The notes beneath the pieces were generated by a model, which was not told the DNA's origin, did no database searches, and saw nothing but the letters and a program-made list of their open reading frames with translations. A DNA stretch of 64,000 bases from Camelus ferus. Its lineage: Eukaryota. Positions 27,139 to 38,485 of this stretch are shown in pieces. Position 1 is the first letter of the stretch; each line of letters opens with the position of its first letter. Made by a program: the position numbers and the translations under genes. The stretch is taken from positions 28,026,001-28,090,000 of the forward strand of contig NC_045705.1 of the NCBI RefSeq assembly GCF_009834535.1, in the 5' to 3' direction.

Positions 27139-29060
27139 GTGAGTCATAAGCTCACACACAGACACTAGAGTGACAGAGCTCATGATTATTTATAGGGAGA
27201 ATCCTTTCTTTGAAAAATTCATTAAAGTGACTAATGAACCTGTCCTCCATGTCTTAGCGACAGGGTGATGTGCCAGGCAAGTCACACGGTGGAGCATGAG
27301 TCATCCGGTGGTGGAGGCCTTTTCCACTCGATTCCCTTTTTATTTCCCTCTCCAGGGTTGTGGTGGTTCCTTTAGATCAGGATTAAAAAGGCTGCCTGAG
27401 TCACCATCACTAACTCAATTGCCTGCTATTCTGAGGGGGTGGATAGAGTTCCTGGGATATTCCCGGGAATGCCTTCTTAAAGCCGTAGGCTCTCAAAGCC
27501 CAAATCAGTGGAGCTTCATGAAGCAAGACCCCGCCCTCTGGTTTTGTTTTCTTATTGGGAGAATGGATGTGTAAGGAACTTAGGTGTGTTATTGAGTGAT
27601 TATAAGATGTCAACCCCCCTCCCTTGGAGGGAAAGGCTGCGTCCCCTAGCCCCATCTGTGTTCCAGTTTGAATTGGGTTCCACTAGGATACATTCGGTAT
27701 CTTCATTTTTATTGAGAACTGTGTTAAGTTCTTATACTTGAAACAGCATGAAGTGTAAACTGGTAATTAAGCTCTGTTTCTCCCTTGGAGAAGCCTGGGT
27801 GATGACTAGATCTTCAAAGAAAACCTGTTGTAAAGAGTTGGGCTGGCTTGCTCAGCCATTTGCTAAATTTAGGGCTTCACAGTCATCCTTCCTCTGCAAA
27901 ATAGCTTTGAGTTTAGAAGAGATCCAAAGGAATCACAGCTTTGCAAAGGGAAGACACAAGGACCCTACTTCTGTGAAGAGACTTCTGTGACCAGCTTCGG
28001 GCAGGGAATACAGCTCATGTTTATTGAGTACATGTTGTGTGCCAAGTGTTAGAATGGGAACTTGATATGTGCTCTCTCATTTAACTTTGATAGCCCTCCA
28101 CCATTGTACAAATGAGGAAACTGAGGTTAGGAATTCGTTTTAGGGGGCAGCTGCTGCTCAGCAAGGCTCTTTGTTTGTAATTGCATTTTATATGTGGTTT
28201 TGTATATTTTAATCGCTTTGTTTCAGTAAAATTTCCCTTTAAAACCTTCTAACTACATATTGATGGTTGACAGGGGACTTGTGCTTCTAATGGTCAGATA
28301 TGGAAGTGACAGTGGTCAAACCAGACCTGAAGCCTAGAAGATTACAGAGAATTAGTGCAGACAGAGCAGAACTTGAGAAGGATGAAATTTGGGCCATCAA
28401 CTTAGTTCTACTTTTGGTAACTGCAAGTGATACAGTATGAACTCAGGATAGTAAGTTCCATCCATTAAAAAAGAAATACATTCCACAGAGGTACTGTATA
28501 AGGAATTTTTAAGCTGGTGAAAACCATATCAAAAGAGATACTGGGTTTGAAATCATTTTGCAGACCATGAAATACTAGATTTGAAGAGTCACAGAACTTC
28601 AAATTAGTTGAAACCAACCCCCCTCATTTGACATAAGAAGTGAGACCCAAAGAAACTGAGTGTCGTGAAGGTACATAATTAGTTAGTAAATGATACAAAC
28701 ACAAGGTCCTCACACCTGTGTCTATAGACCTAGCAGCCTTGATCACAGTTGTAGCTGGAGCATTAGGTGTAGACAGAGGGAAGGATCCACCCGTTCAACA
28801 GGCAATCATTGAATAAAGTTTATCATACAGAAGGTGAACTGGATCCTTTCCTTCAAGAAATCAAATTGATTTTACACCGAGGTTGAGAAATGATGTGGTA
28901 GAAAGCCCATATAGGCTAGAGATTGAAACTGATATCATCAGGTGATTGTGGCACCAGCTAAGAACTAGTAAGAAATGTAAGTGGATTTTATGAATCGGTA
29001 ATTTTGGATAGGAGAAGGAACAGCTACGTCTGCTTGAATTAAAGGAGTTACTACACTAGT

Positions 29061-29640
29061 TGTATTAGTCAGCATAGGCTAGCTACTATAACAGACCACC
29101 CCAGAATCTCAGTGGCTTAACACTGTAAAGGTTGAAGTAAGAGGGTATAGCTTAGTGATAGAGTACATGCTTAGGATGCATGAGGTCCTGGGTTCAATCC
29201 CCAGTACCTCCGCTAAAAATTAAAATAAAAGATTAATTAAAAAATACATAAAGAAACAATTACCTCCCTGCTCCAAAAACAAATATACAGAAACCACTAT
29301 ACAGGTTGATTTTTTCCTTCACATCACAGTCCAATGTGGATAAGTGGTCGGGGCTCTGCTCCACCCAGTCATCCAGGGATCTCATGCTCCTTCCATCTAG
29401 GGGTGGGGGTGTAGGGGGCACTCCTCCCTCAGCCTTGTAGTTCTCCGCAGAATCATCTGCATCCAGCTGGCAGATAAGGGAAGAGAAAGTAAGGATGATT
29501 TTACTGGAGGTTTCATGGGCCAGGCCTGAAAACGGTGCACCTCACTTCTGCCCACTCTCCATTGTTCAGAACTCAGTCACAGACTACAGCTAATTGCAAG
29601 GGAGGCCAGAAATGTTAGCTGTGGGCCCAAGAAGAAAGAA
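29061..29640 (-). mobile_element. MLT1-type MaLR LTR (interrupted by a SINE)
   Basis: tgtattagtcagcataggctag...aatctcagtggcttaa; cacttctgcccactctccattg...agaactcagtcac. Confidence 0.7.
29136..29294 (+). mobile_element. tRNA-Ala-derived SINE (camelid Vic-1 type) inserted in an MLT1 LTR
   Basis: A-box/B-box head (tagcttagtg...gggttcaatccc), A-rich tail, TSD cactgtaaaggttga / cactatacaggttga. Confidence 0.85.
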
Positions 29641-32600
29641 ATACTCCAAGTTCACGGATCACCTGAAAGCATTCTTACGTACACCTTATAAGTGATTTTA
29701 TTAAAGCCTGTCCTTTACACTGCCCCAAGTGGCACATTTCCTATGGTGGCTCACCATAGGTTTCGTACCTCCATTGAGGAGCAGCAGAGCTCTTTAGAAA
29801 GATCCTTTGTTGTTGTTGTTTTTCCCCTTTCACTGATTCTACCTCTGATGTATGCGTTTTTCCAAACGTCCTAGAACTATAGCCTGCGGCCAACTGACTA
29901 TCACTAAACAAGTCTCTGTAATCAAACTAAGGTATTATTACCTTGGAAGTAGAAAGTGCATAATTACATTATAGAGGAAACTTGCTCTTTCCTCTTCCCT
30001 GGAATTATAAACATTGTGTACAGCTGGAGCCAGGAGGTGGTTGCCATAACAACCATGGAGAAGCTAAAAATAGCCTCTTTCGTACTGTATTGCTTAAGGT
30101 GGAATTATGACATGTTTTGGTGTTTTAGGGCAGGCATTTCTCTTTCATGTGGGAAACGTTTGCAAACTTTCTTCAACAAAGCAATATTTGTATAATGTAT
30201 TTGGATTGCTGGTTCTAATTATATACCTGACCCCCACGTTCCAGGGTTCTTTCCTGACATAGAACTCTGTTTTGATGTTTCTCAGTCTTCTTGAGAATCT
30301 GTTAGAGAAATATCTGTACCAATTTCAGTGCTATGTTTAACCCTCCAAGAGCACACTTACATTTATACTCCTGGATAAGAAATGAAAATATGAAGAATTG
30401 TGATGTAGTCTGTTCTGCACAATCTCCCTCATTTGCCATCACACTCTGTATCCAGTTAGCAGCCCACATTAGGACCAACCCTGTGTTCCCACACTTCACA
30501 GCAGAGTTTACGCCTCCCTGGCTCCCTCTCCTCACCTGCAGCATGGAGCAGCGATGAGTTTCCTGAGGAAGGCAGAAATCAGTGACTTAGGTCACGCGAG
30601 ATCTGTCACTTCCTCTATGACAGTAGTATTTTTATAAGAGCTATGTACTGGGATACTACAGCAGTCTGAGGGCATGTATGGAAGAATAAAGGCTCAGTAA
30701 TTTTTTTATCCAAGTGATAATTAAGGGGAGTTTTCTCACTGGGAATTTTTCAGGACTGAGGAAATTCTAGAAAGCATGGCTATAGGAAGCTGTGAATGCA
30801 AAGTACTAAATTTTATAGGGTTGGATGTGTTTAATGTTTGACTTGTAGGGGGGCTAGTAATTGAAGAGACTGTTTTTCTATGAAAAGGTGCTTCCTTAGC
30901 AGCAGCAGTGTTTTCTGCTTTGTTTTTGTAGCGTTTTAGTTCTAGTAGCTCCTCAGTAACTCACACCGCTGAGACACCATCGTGTGGCTTTTAGCAATTA
31001 AGCAGCATGATGAATGAAGAATGTCGTATCACAGAAAACATTAGTCGACTTGTTTATTTGGATATTTGTCAGAACAAACTAGAAATGTGCTGAAGTATGA
31101 GCAACACAAGTCTTCATTATGGAACTTCAGCAGATATTCTTAATGTACCTTCCAATCTTAGAATTGTTCCCCAAGTCCCCGGAAAATGAGAGATTAACCA
31201 GGGTTTGGTTTTATGTTTGTTTCTATGCACAACTAAGTGCAGCCCATTTTGTCCTTCTGCCTGATATAACAGTTGTCAGGAGTCTGGCTGTGCCATGGAA
31301 ACTGGTTTGACGTCACTAATTCTGCTCAGACGGAGGATTAGAGCTCGACAAAGTAGATTTTAAAGACCGAGTCCTTTGTACCTTGCAGTCCCAAGTGTTC
31401 CTCCCCCTCCCTCCATAAAGGATGGGCACTGTATACAGTACCAGGACTAAGACAGCCATGCAAGTGTGTTATTTATGATTCAGACAAAACTGAGCTGAAT
31501 ATCATCATCCTTGGGGAGAGAGACTTGTATGCTGTTGTGTGTGGGTGTGGGAGGAAGGGCTTTGCCAGGCAAACAAATACGCGTGCTTCTTCGTTTCACA
31601 GCGTTTTTGTGGAAGGGGTGTTTTCTCTCCTGTCGTTTTGGTACAATTTTAAATACTGTCCTTTTTGTGTTAACTTAGGTACAGTGCATTCTCGCTTTAT
31701 ACTTTGTTGGTGTTGGATTTGTTTTTGTGCATTTTAGAGTGCAAATATTGTGTTTTGCATAAAGTACCTTCAAATTCTGACTTTTCACCAACTCTAACTC
31801 TACCCCACTAGAAATTTTAAATTAGGGGAGAATATTTGAGAAACAAAAAATCTCAGTTGCCTCAAGGAGTAAACAGTTAAAGGCACATGCTTGCATAATT
31901 GTGACATATTTGATTATTGGTCTGCATCCATTTTGAAAACAGGGATGAGGTTTTTATTATCTTTGAGTTTTCCTGCATTGAAATCATTGCTTTGGTGAGG
32001 GAAGTTTTAAGCATCTATGTTGGTAAGGTCAAGATTTAATTTTTAAAATGCATTTGATAATGTTAAAGTTCATTTTTGGAAGACTTTTAAATTGTATTTC
32101 ATTTGTGAGGAATGAAATAAAAAATGTAAGATTTTTGTTCAAGGGCACACGCAAGTGCCCCAGCCAATTAAGAGTATATCAGCGCACATAACCCAGCTGA
32201 TCAAACCAGCGGTGATAGTTGATACCGTGAAAAACGTCATCTTGAGATTGGCTTTTCCTCACCTGCTGTGCACGAGTGAGGACATAGCAATTCCTGGTTG
32301 TATAAGAAAAGGTTAAAGTAAAACACTACCTAAACCTACCAGGATGTTTGGGGCTCGGGATGGGGTGCAACTGGTCAGGATTTGGGGTTACTTCTCAGAA
32401 AGCATATTGTGTTGCAGAAGATGTAGTAGCTCTCAGCTTCTACTTGATTGGGATCTGCTCTGAGCTGAAAGGTGACATTCCCATATATCCTAAAAATGTT
32501 TTGCTCTCCCTCTCTCCTCTTTGATAGATTTATTGAGATATGTTTCACATATTATAAAATCTACTCATTTAAAGTCTACAATTTGGTGGTTTCTAGTATA

Positions 32601-33703
32601 TTCACAGAGTTGTGTAACCATCCCCACAATCTACTTTCAGAATATTTTTAACACCCTAAGAAGGTAAAGATATTTTAAACATCATAAGTTAATACTATAA
32701 TGAAAATTTCCAGTAACTGAAGTGTCTTTTAATTCAGGTTTGATCAAAGGGATTTCTCACAAATATAGATAAAATGAAATTACTGGAGACTAATTGCTCA
32801 TTCACCAGTTTTTATCTTCGAGTAATTGGGTTTAACTCTTGATAGAGACTCTTACTCTCTTAAAATTTAAAAAGAAAAGCCTTTTCTGTCTTTGTGAAAG
32901 ACAAAAGTAAAAAAATACAAGCATGATACAATCAATACAATTAATACATAATATAATTAATACATTGACTAAATATTTCCATTGTTCTTCGAAACCGTAA
33001 TATAACAATTTAAAATTTGAGATTTGATTTCTATACTTGACATGTTAATGGATTTCACTGCTTAGGAAAGTGTATATTGCCAATAAGGACTTCAGTTTCA
33101 AAAACAAAAACAGAAAAACAACTTGTTTTCAGTGATTCATTAAGCTGCGCATCTAGACTTCCATTTGATGGTTGAAGAGGCATCTCGCCTAGAGGCTGGC
33201 AGATGGACTGGGTGACCTTTGGGGATTATTTCTTTTCAGATTTATGTCTAAACTAACTTAGATGCCATCTAATTGTATCTTTTATTATTTTGCATAAAAG
33301 GGGGTCTATCTAGTTCTTTTTTTTAATTGTTTAAAAAAAAAAAAGGCCTTGGGGGAAGTGAATACAGACGAATAATGAGAAAGTAAGTAGAAAAAAAGGA
33401 ACCGGATCTGAGGACAGGCAGTAGGTGGGATCAGGTTGCAGTGGCCAAAATTTCTAAAACCGTAATTCCACACTTCACCCAAGCCACACATGCCTGCTAG
33501 CAACTAGTATGTTTACAACAGTGCTTTTCTCAAACTAATTTTTATTGATTTGTAGAGTTAGTAATTCCCAATAACTTTCTGACTTTAACTTTCATTAATC
33601 TCTAAAAGGCACAGTAGAAATTGAGCTTTGCCTCTTGGCAAAAGAATATGGTTTTGGGAAAAAAAAGAATATGGTTTGCTAAACTATAGAGTACCATGAT
33701 TTT

Positions 33704-33868
33704 ATTTTATTTATTTTTAATATATTTTTAAAATTTGCTCGTTGGGGGAGGTAATTGGGTTTATTTATTTATTTACTTATGTATTTCTTAGAGGAGGTAC
33801 TGGGGATTGAACCCAAGACCTCATGCATGCTATGCATGTGCTCTACCACTTAAGCTATGCCCTCCCCC
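33704..33868 (-). mobile_element. tRNA-Ala-derived SINE (Vic-1 type)
   Basis: Reverse complement of the same head; ccatgatttt duplicated at 33694-33703 and 33876-33885. Confidence 0.85.
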
Positions 33869-34516
33869 TAGATGTCCATGATTTTAGAGTCTACTCATTA
33901 TTTAGCACCTGAATATCTACAAACCAGGGGAAGCAGGAGGTGCCAGACATAACCATTCATTCGTTGCCAGAGGCTTTTATCGAGTACCTGTTAATAGGCT
34001 CAGGACTTCGCAGAGTGTTTTGGAGAAAAGTGTATAGGACAAGGGCTATAATGTCTAGAAACTTATGGGTTTTGGGTTTTTTTTTGAAGGAGAAAAATGT
34101 TTATACTCATAGAGTGATTAAATGCTCCAGGATGATAGTATGTGATGATACGTCAAATAAAAGCATACAAGGAGTAGGAGAGTGTTTTTACGAGTGAGAA
34201 TTCTTGATGCTATGGCCAGAGAAGACCTCAGAGGATAGACATCAACTCCAGGAGACTGAAGATCTAATCTGGTCATGCCCCAGATTACTAAAACTGAGAA
34301 ATGAGCTAATTGCAAACAAGAGCTATTTTTAGTTGATTGAGTTATGCCTCATTCACTGAGCAAGCATATCACATGCCGACAAAAGGCATGGAGAGATGTG
34401 TGTCAGGAAAACAGCTAGGTTATTCTGTTTCAAATAATTATATATCTCAATCTGTAGTTTACAGACAGTTGTATATTTGACTTCATCCTGTGTACTTGGT
34501 ACATCTTCCTTTTCAG

Positions 34517-34598
34517 ATCTAAAGGGGCGATTATCAACATTTCCTCTGCCAGTGGCCTGTACCCAGTTCCACTGTTGACCATCTACTCTGCAACCAAG
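34517..34598 (+). CDS. HSD17B12: HSD17B12 coding exon (exon 8 equivalent), (R)SKGAIINISSASGLYPVPLLTIYSATK
   Basis: cttccttttcag| acceptor, |gtgagc donor, 82 nt; contains the SDR catalytic Ser (NISS) and YxxxK (YSATK). Confidence 0.97.
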
Positions 34599-34881
34599 GT
34601 GAGCAATTTTTTAGTAAATTATGTCAGAATAATTTTCCATTTGAGAAATGAGCATGGAACTTTCTTGAAGTTCTACCCTTAGCAGTTGTCAAATGGTCTG
34701 AGAAGAAAAGGAAAGTAGCCAATGCTGGTTTCAGAGGAGCCAGAGATGCAGATGCACTGATTGGTATCAGCTTTACAAATGGGGCAGCACCAAAATCTCA
34801 GATCCACAAATGCTTTTTTCTCCCAGTAGTTGACTGGTTTTTAAAATTGGTATTTGTACTTTCCAGTAGAGAGCTGGTCTA

Positions 34882-35070
34882 GGCCACTTAGCTCAGTTGA
34901 TCAGAACATGATGTTTATGAGTCTAAGATTGGGGATTTGAATCATGAATGAGTCAGCTTCGTACAGATTAAGTTCCAAGGCTGTCCAGCCGAGTAGAAGG
35001 ATTGAAGCTAGTCAGCACATAAATACACACAGTAGGCACGAGAGAGACAGGTGAGAGGGTGAGTGTTCTG
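34882..35070 (+). mobile_element. Old tRNA-Ile-like-headed SINE (MamSINE1-like)
   Basis: ggccacttagctcagttgatcagaacatgatgtttatgagtctaagatt...gtcagcttcgtacaga resembles the recalled MamSINE1 head. Confidence 0.6.
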
Positions 35071-36219
35071 CCACATTATTCAGAATTCACAGATATTTAT
35101 TGTCACTTCTAGAGTGAGACAAGAATTTCTGAGAACTCTCTGTAAAATGTCATAATTCTATACAACATCACCATTCACCTCATCACGTTACTGCTAGGAC
35201 GATAATTTAGAATGCATTTCATACTGCCTGCAGGTCAAAAGCATTTTCAAATACATTGTTGAAGCAGAGGATGCATCTCTGAAATAAAAATGACCATTGA
35301 GATGCTGAAATTAAACAAGCTTTTAGGGGAAAATGAGCAAAATAAAATACACGATAAGAACTTGCAATATGACAGGGAAGGAAAAGAGCAAAACGCCCAC
35401 CTTCTTGTTCACTTGGCTTTTTGTTCCCTGGAAGAACTTAAAGTGACGACGTACTATATTTTGAAAAAGCTTGGCACCACCCCCAAATCCTATGATCTAC
35501 CTGCTTTCTGTATCTCTAAAACATACAGTAAGCATGTTTAATATGAGCACCATGTTTCTTGAAGCAATTGGTGACTTCAACTTCTTCTTGCCTGTTCTGC
35601 TCTGTGGACACAAGATGATGACTAATGGAGCCCTGGTAGAGTCATCACTGATACTTCAAGCCCACGGTGGAGTCCACATTTGAAAAAAATGGTACATTAT
35701 ATTTTACAAATAGATTTAAAGTTGTTCTGGTGGAAGAAGGGGGGCTGTCATGTTCATCTCTGGACTTCTTGGCTCTTGCCATCCCAAAGGACCAAGTGGA
35801 TGCATGCTCTTCTCTTTACTGACAACAAAATCCCCAAAGAACATAGCTGAACAGAATTCACGTTGTGTTTCCGTTTGACTGGCAAGTGGAGAGGACGAAT
35901 ACATCCTTTGTTATATAATAAGACATTTCTTCTTGGAAAGTAATTTTCTGAAAAGAAGAAAAGATAGGAAGAACCTTTTCCAGTTAAGTCAAGTTTGATC
36001 TGGATATTATGTTTAGCTAGAGAATACTTAATTCAATGGCAGATAAAAACAACTTGATGTTCTGAGGTGTGTTTTTAAGGTCTCTTCTGCATTTGAAATA
36101 AAAAGAATGATTAGAAGCTATAGTGTTAAATGGTTAGTTGATCATTTTTGTTGCCATGGCTACAGATCGGGCAGATTGATGTAATGTGCATGTGTGTTCT
36201 CACTCCCACCCCGTCCCAG

Positions 36220-36285
36220 GCTTTTGTAGATTTCTTCTCCCAGAGCCTCCATGAGGAATATAAGCACAAGGGCATCATTGTGCAG
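36220..36285 (+). CDS. HSD17B12: HSD17B12 coding exon (exon 9 equivalent), AFVDFFSQSLHEEYKHKGIIVQ
   Basis: ccccgtcccag| acceptor, |gtgagt donor, 66 nt, phase 0-0. Confidence 0.96.
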
Positions 36286-36722
36286 GTGAGTGGAGTTTGT
36301 TTCAGTTAAGCATCCCTGTTTTTGTGTGGTTTCCACGGCAACTGTTGCTGTCTTGGCAATGAAAGAAAATCACATTCCTAAGTGAATGTGACGTTGGCAC
36401 ACCATTAAAGACACGGTTTCTTTTTCCTTTATGCACTTAAGTCTAGATTTTGAACAATTATTCCCTAGAATGTTTAAGTGGTAACACGTAAGGTAGAACT
36501 AAATGCAGTATGAACAGTTGAGGCATAATAATTGTAATTTCTCAATTTTTATTTTTGAGAGAATTAGACTGTCAATATCTCTTAGCTGCCAGGCATGTAA
36601 GATGTGCCATGACTGTTCCAAAGCCACTCATTATCATAAGAGGCAGAGAGCTGAATAAAGAGCTAACTCTTACTGGAGCAAGGGTGACTGCATCCACCAG
36701 GATGATGTAGGTGTGGGAGTGA

Positions 36723-37885
36723 TTTTTTTTAATCCTGGTAAAATAGACATAACCAAAAGCACCATTTCAACCACTTTTAAGTATGCAGTTCAGTGGCTTT
36801 CAGTATATTCACATTGTTGTGCAACCATCACTACCTTCCATCTCCAGAACTTTTTTCATTTCCCAAAATGAAACTCTATCCATTAAACAGTAACCTTCCA
36901 TTTCCCCCTGCCCGAGCCCCTGACAGCCACCATTCTATTCCTGTCTCTGAATTTGACTATATGAGTGGAATCACATAATCACATAATCACATAGCATAAT
37001 GTCTTCAAGTTTCATCCATGTTGTAGCATGGGGCAGAATTTCCTTTTTAAGGCTGAATAAAATTCCATTTTATGTATACACCGCATTGTGTTTATCCATT
37101 CATCTGTCAATGGACATTTGAGTTTCTTCCACTTCTTGGCTGCTGTGAAAAATGGTGCTGTGAACATGAGTGTATACCTATCTTTTTGAAAACTTGCTTT
37201 CAGTTCTTCTGGATATGTACCCAGAAATGAAATTGCTGGATCATATAATAATTTTTTTTTGAATAATCACCTTCTGTTTTCCATAGTAGCTATCCTATTT
37301 TACAGTCCTACCAGCAGTGCATAAGGGTTCCATTTTCTGTACATCCTCACCAATAAATACTTCTTTTCTTTTTGTTTGTTTGTTTTTAATAATTGCCATC
37401 CTAATAGGTGTGAAGTGGTATCTAATTGTGGTTTTGATTTTGACTTGCATTTCCTCAATGATTAGTGATGTTGAGCATCTGTTCAAATGTTTATTGGCCA
37501 TTTGGCTGTCTTTGGAGAAATGTCTATTCAGGTCCTTTGCCCATTTTTTCATTGAGTTGTTTGCTTTTATTTTTGAATTGTGAGATTCTGGATATTAACT
37601 CTTTATTAGATATATTAGATATATGATTTGCAAGTATTTTCTCCCATTCCAAGGGTTACCTTTTCATTCTATGGATAGTGTCCTTTGATGCTCAAAAGTT
37701 TTACATTTTGATGTAGTCCAGTTTACCCATTTTTTGTTATTGCTGCCTGTGCTTTTGGTGTCATATCCAAAAAAAATCACTGCAAATCAAATGTCATGAG
37801 GCTTTCCCCCTATGTTGTCTTTCAAGAGTTTTATAGTTTTTAGCTCTTAGGTTTAGGCCTTCCATCCATTTTGACTTAATTTTTA
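36723..37885 (-). mobile_element. Older L1 (L1M-type) 3' part including the ORF2 end
   Basis: Minus-strand ORF 37295..37552 reads [26 protein letters not shown]1 3'UTR features. Confidence 0.88.
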
Positions 37886-37893
37886 TAGAGACC

Positions 37894-37944
37894 CTCTTTT
37901 TTTTTTTTTAAAAATTGAAGTGTATTCAATTTACAATGTTGTGC
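37894..37944 (-). mobile_element. Very short L1 3' end
   Basis: T-run plus aattgaagtgtattcaatttacaatgttgtg; TSD ttatagagacc at 37883-37893 and 37945-37955. Confidence 0.75.
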
Positions 37945-38269
37945 TTATAGAGACCTTTGATTTTATTATGTAACTAACAGATACAGTGCTGTACAAATAC
38001 AATACAAAATACGAGAGGAAGCAAATATAGGAGCTTTTAAGGGTATCTATCTCAAATCAGCTATTGTTCAACACCAAGAGATAATGGTTCACAGTATTTC
38101 CATCCTTAGGCACATTTTTAACAATGTCTTGGGGAAACTGCAATCCTTACCCCTTTCCTGCTCCTGCCCACAACCTGCCCCTGCCTCTTCACACCCCCAG
38201 TGTTCATGGCTTTCAATTCTGTGAGCCTGGTGTTTTCCTTTTTGTAACTTGAAGCCTCCAATGATCAAT

Positions 38270-38485
38270 CATCATAGTAATAGCTAATATTTGAGGGGAT
38301 ACTTTTCAGGCACAGTGCTGAGCACTTGTTGCGTGTCCAGTTATTTCATTGTGTCTCATAATGACCTCATAAGACGGTGTGATCATCATCATCTTTAAAC
38401 ATCAGGGTTCAGAGAGGTTAAGCCACTTGCTAATGTCGAACCAGGACTCAAGTCACCAAAGCCTTTGTTTTTAACCACTGGGCTA
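38270..38485 (-). mobile_element. MIR
   Basis: atagctaatatttgag...ggttcagagaggttaagccacttgc. Confidence 0.65.
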
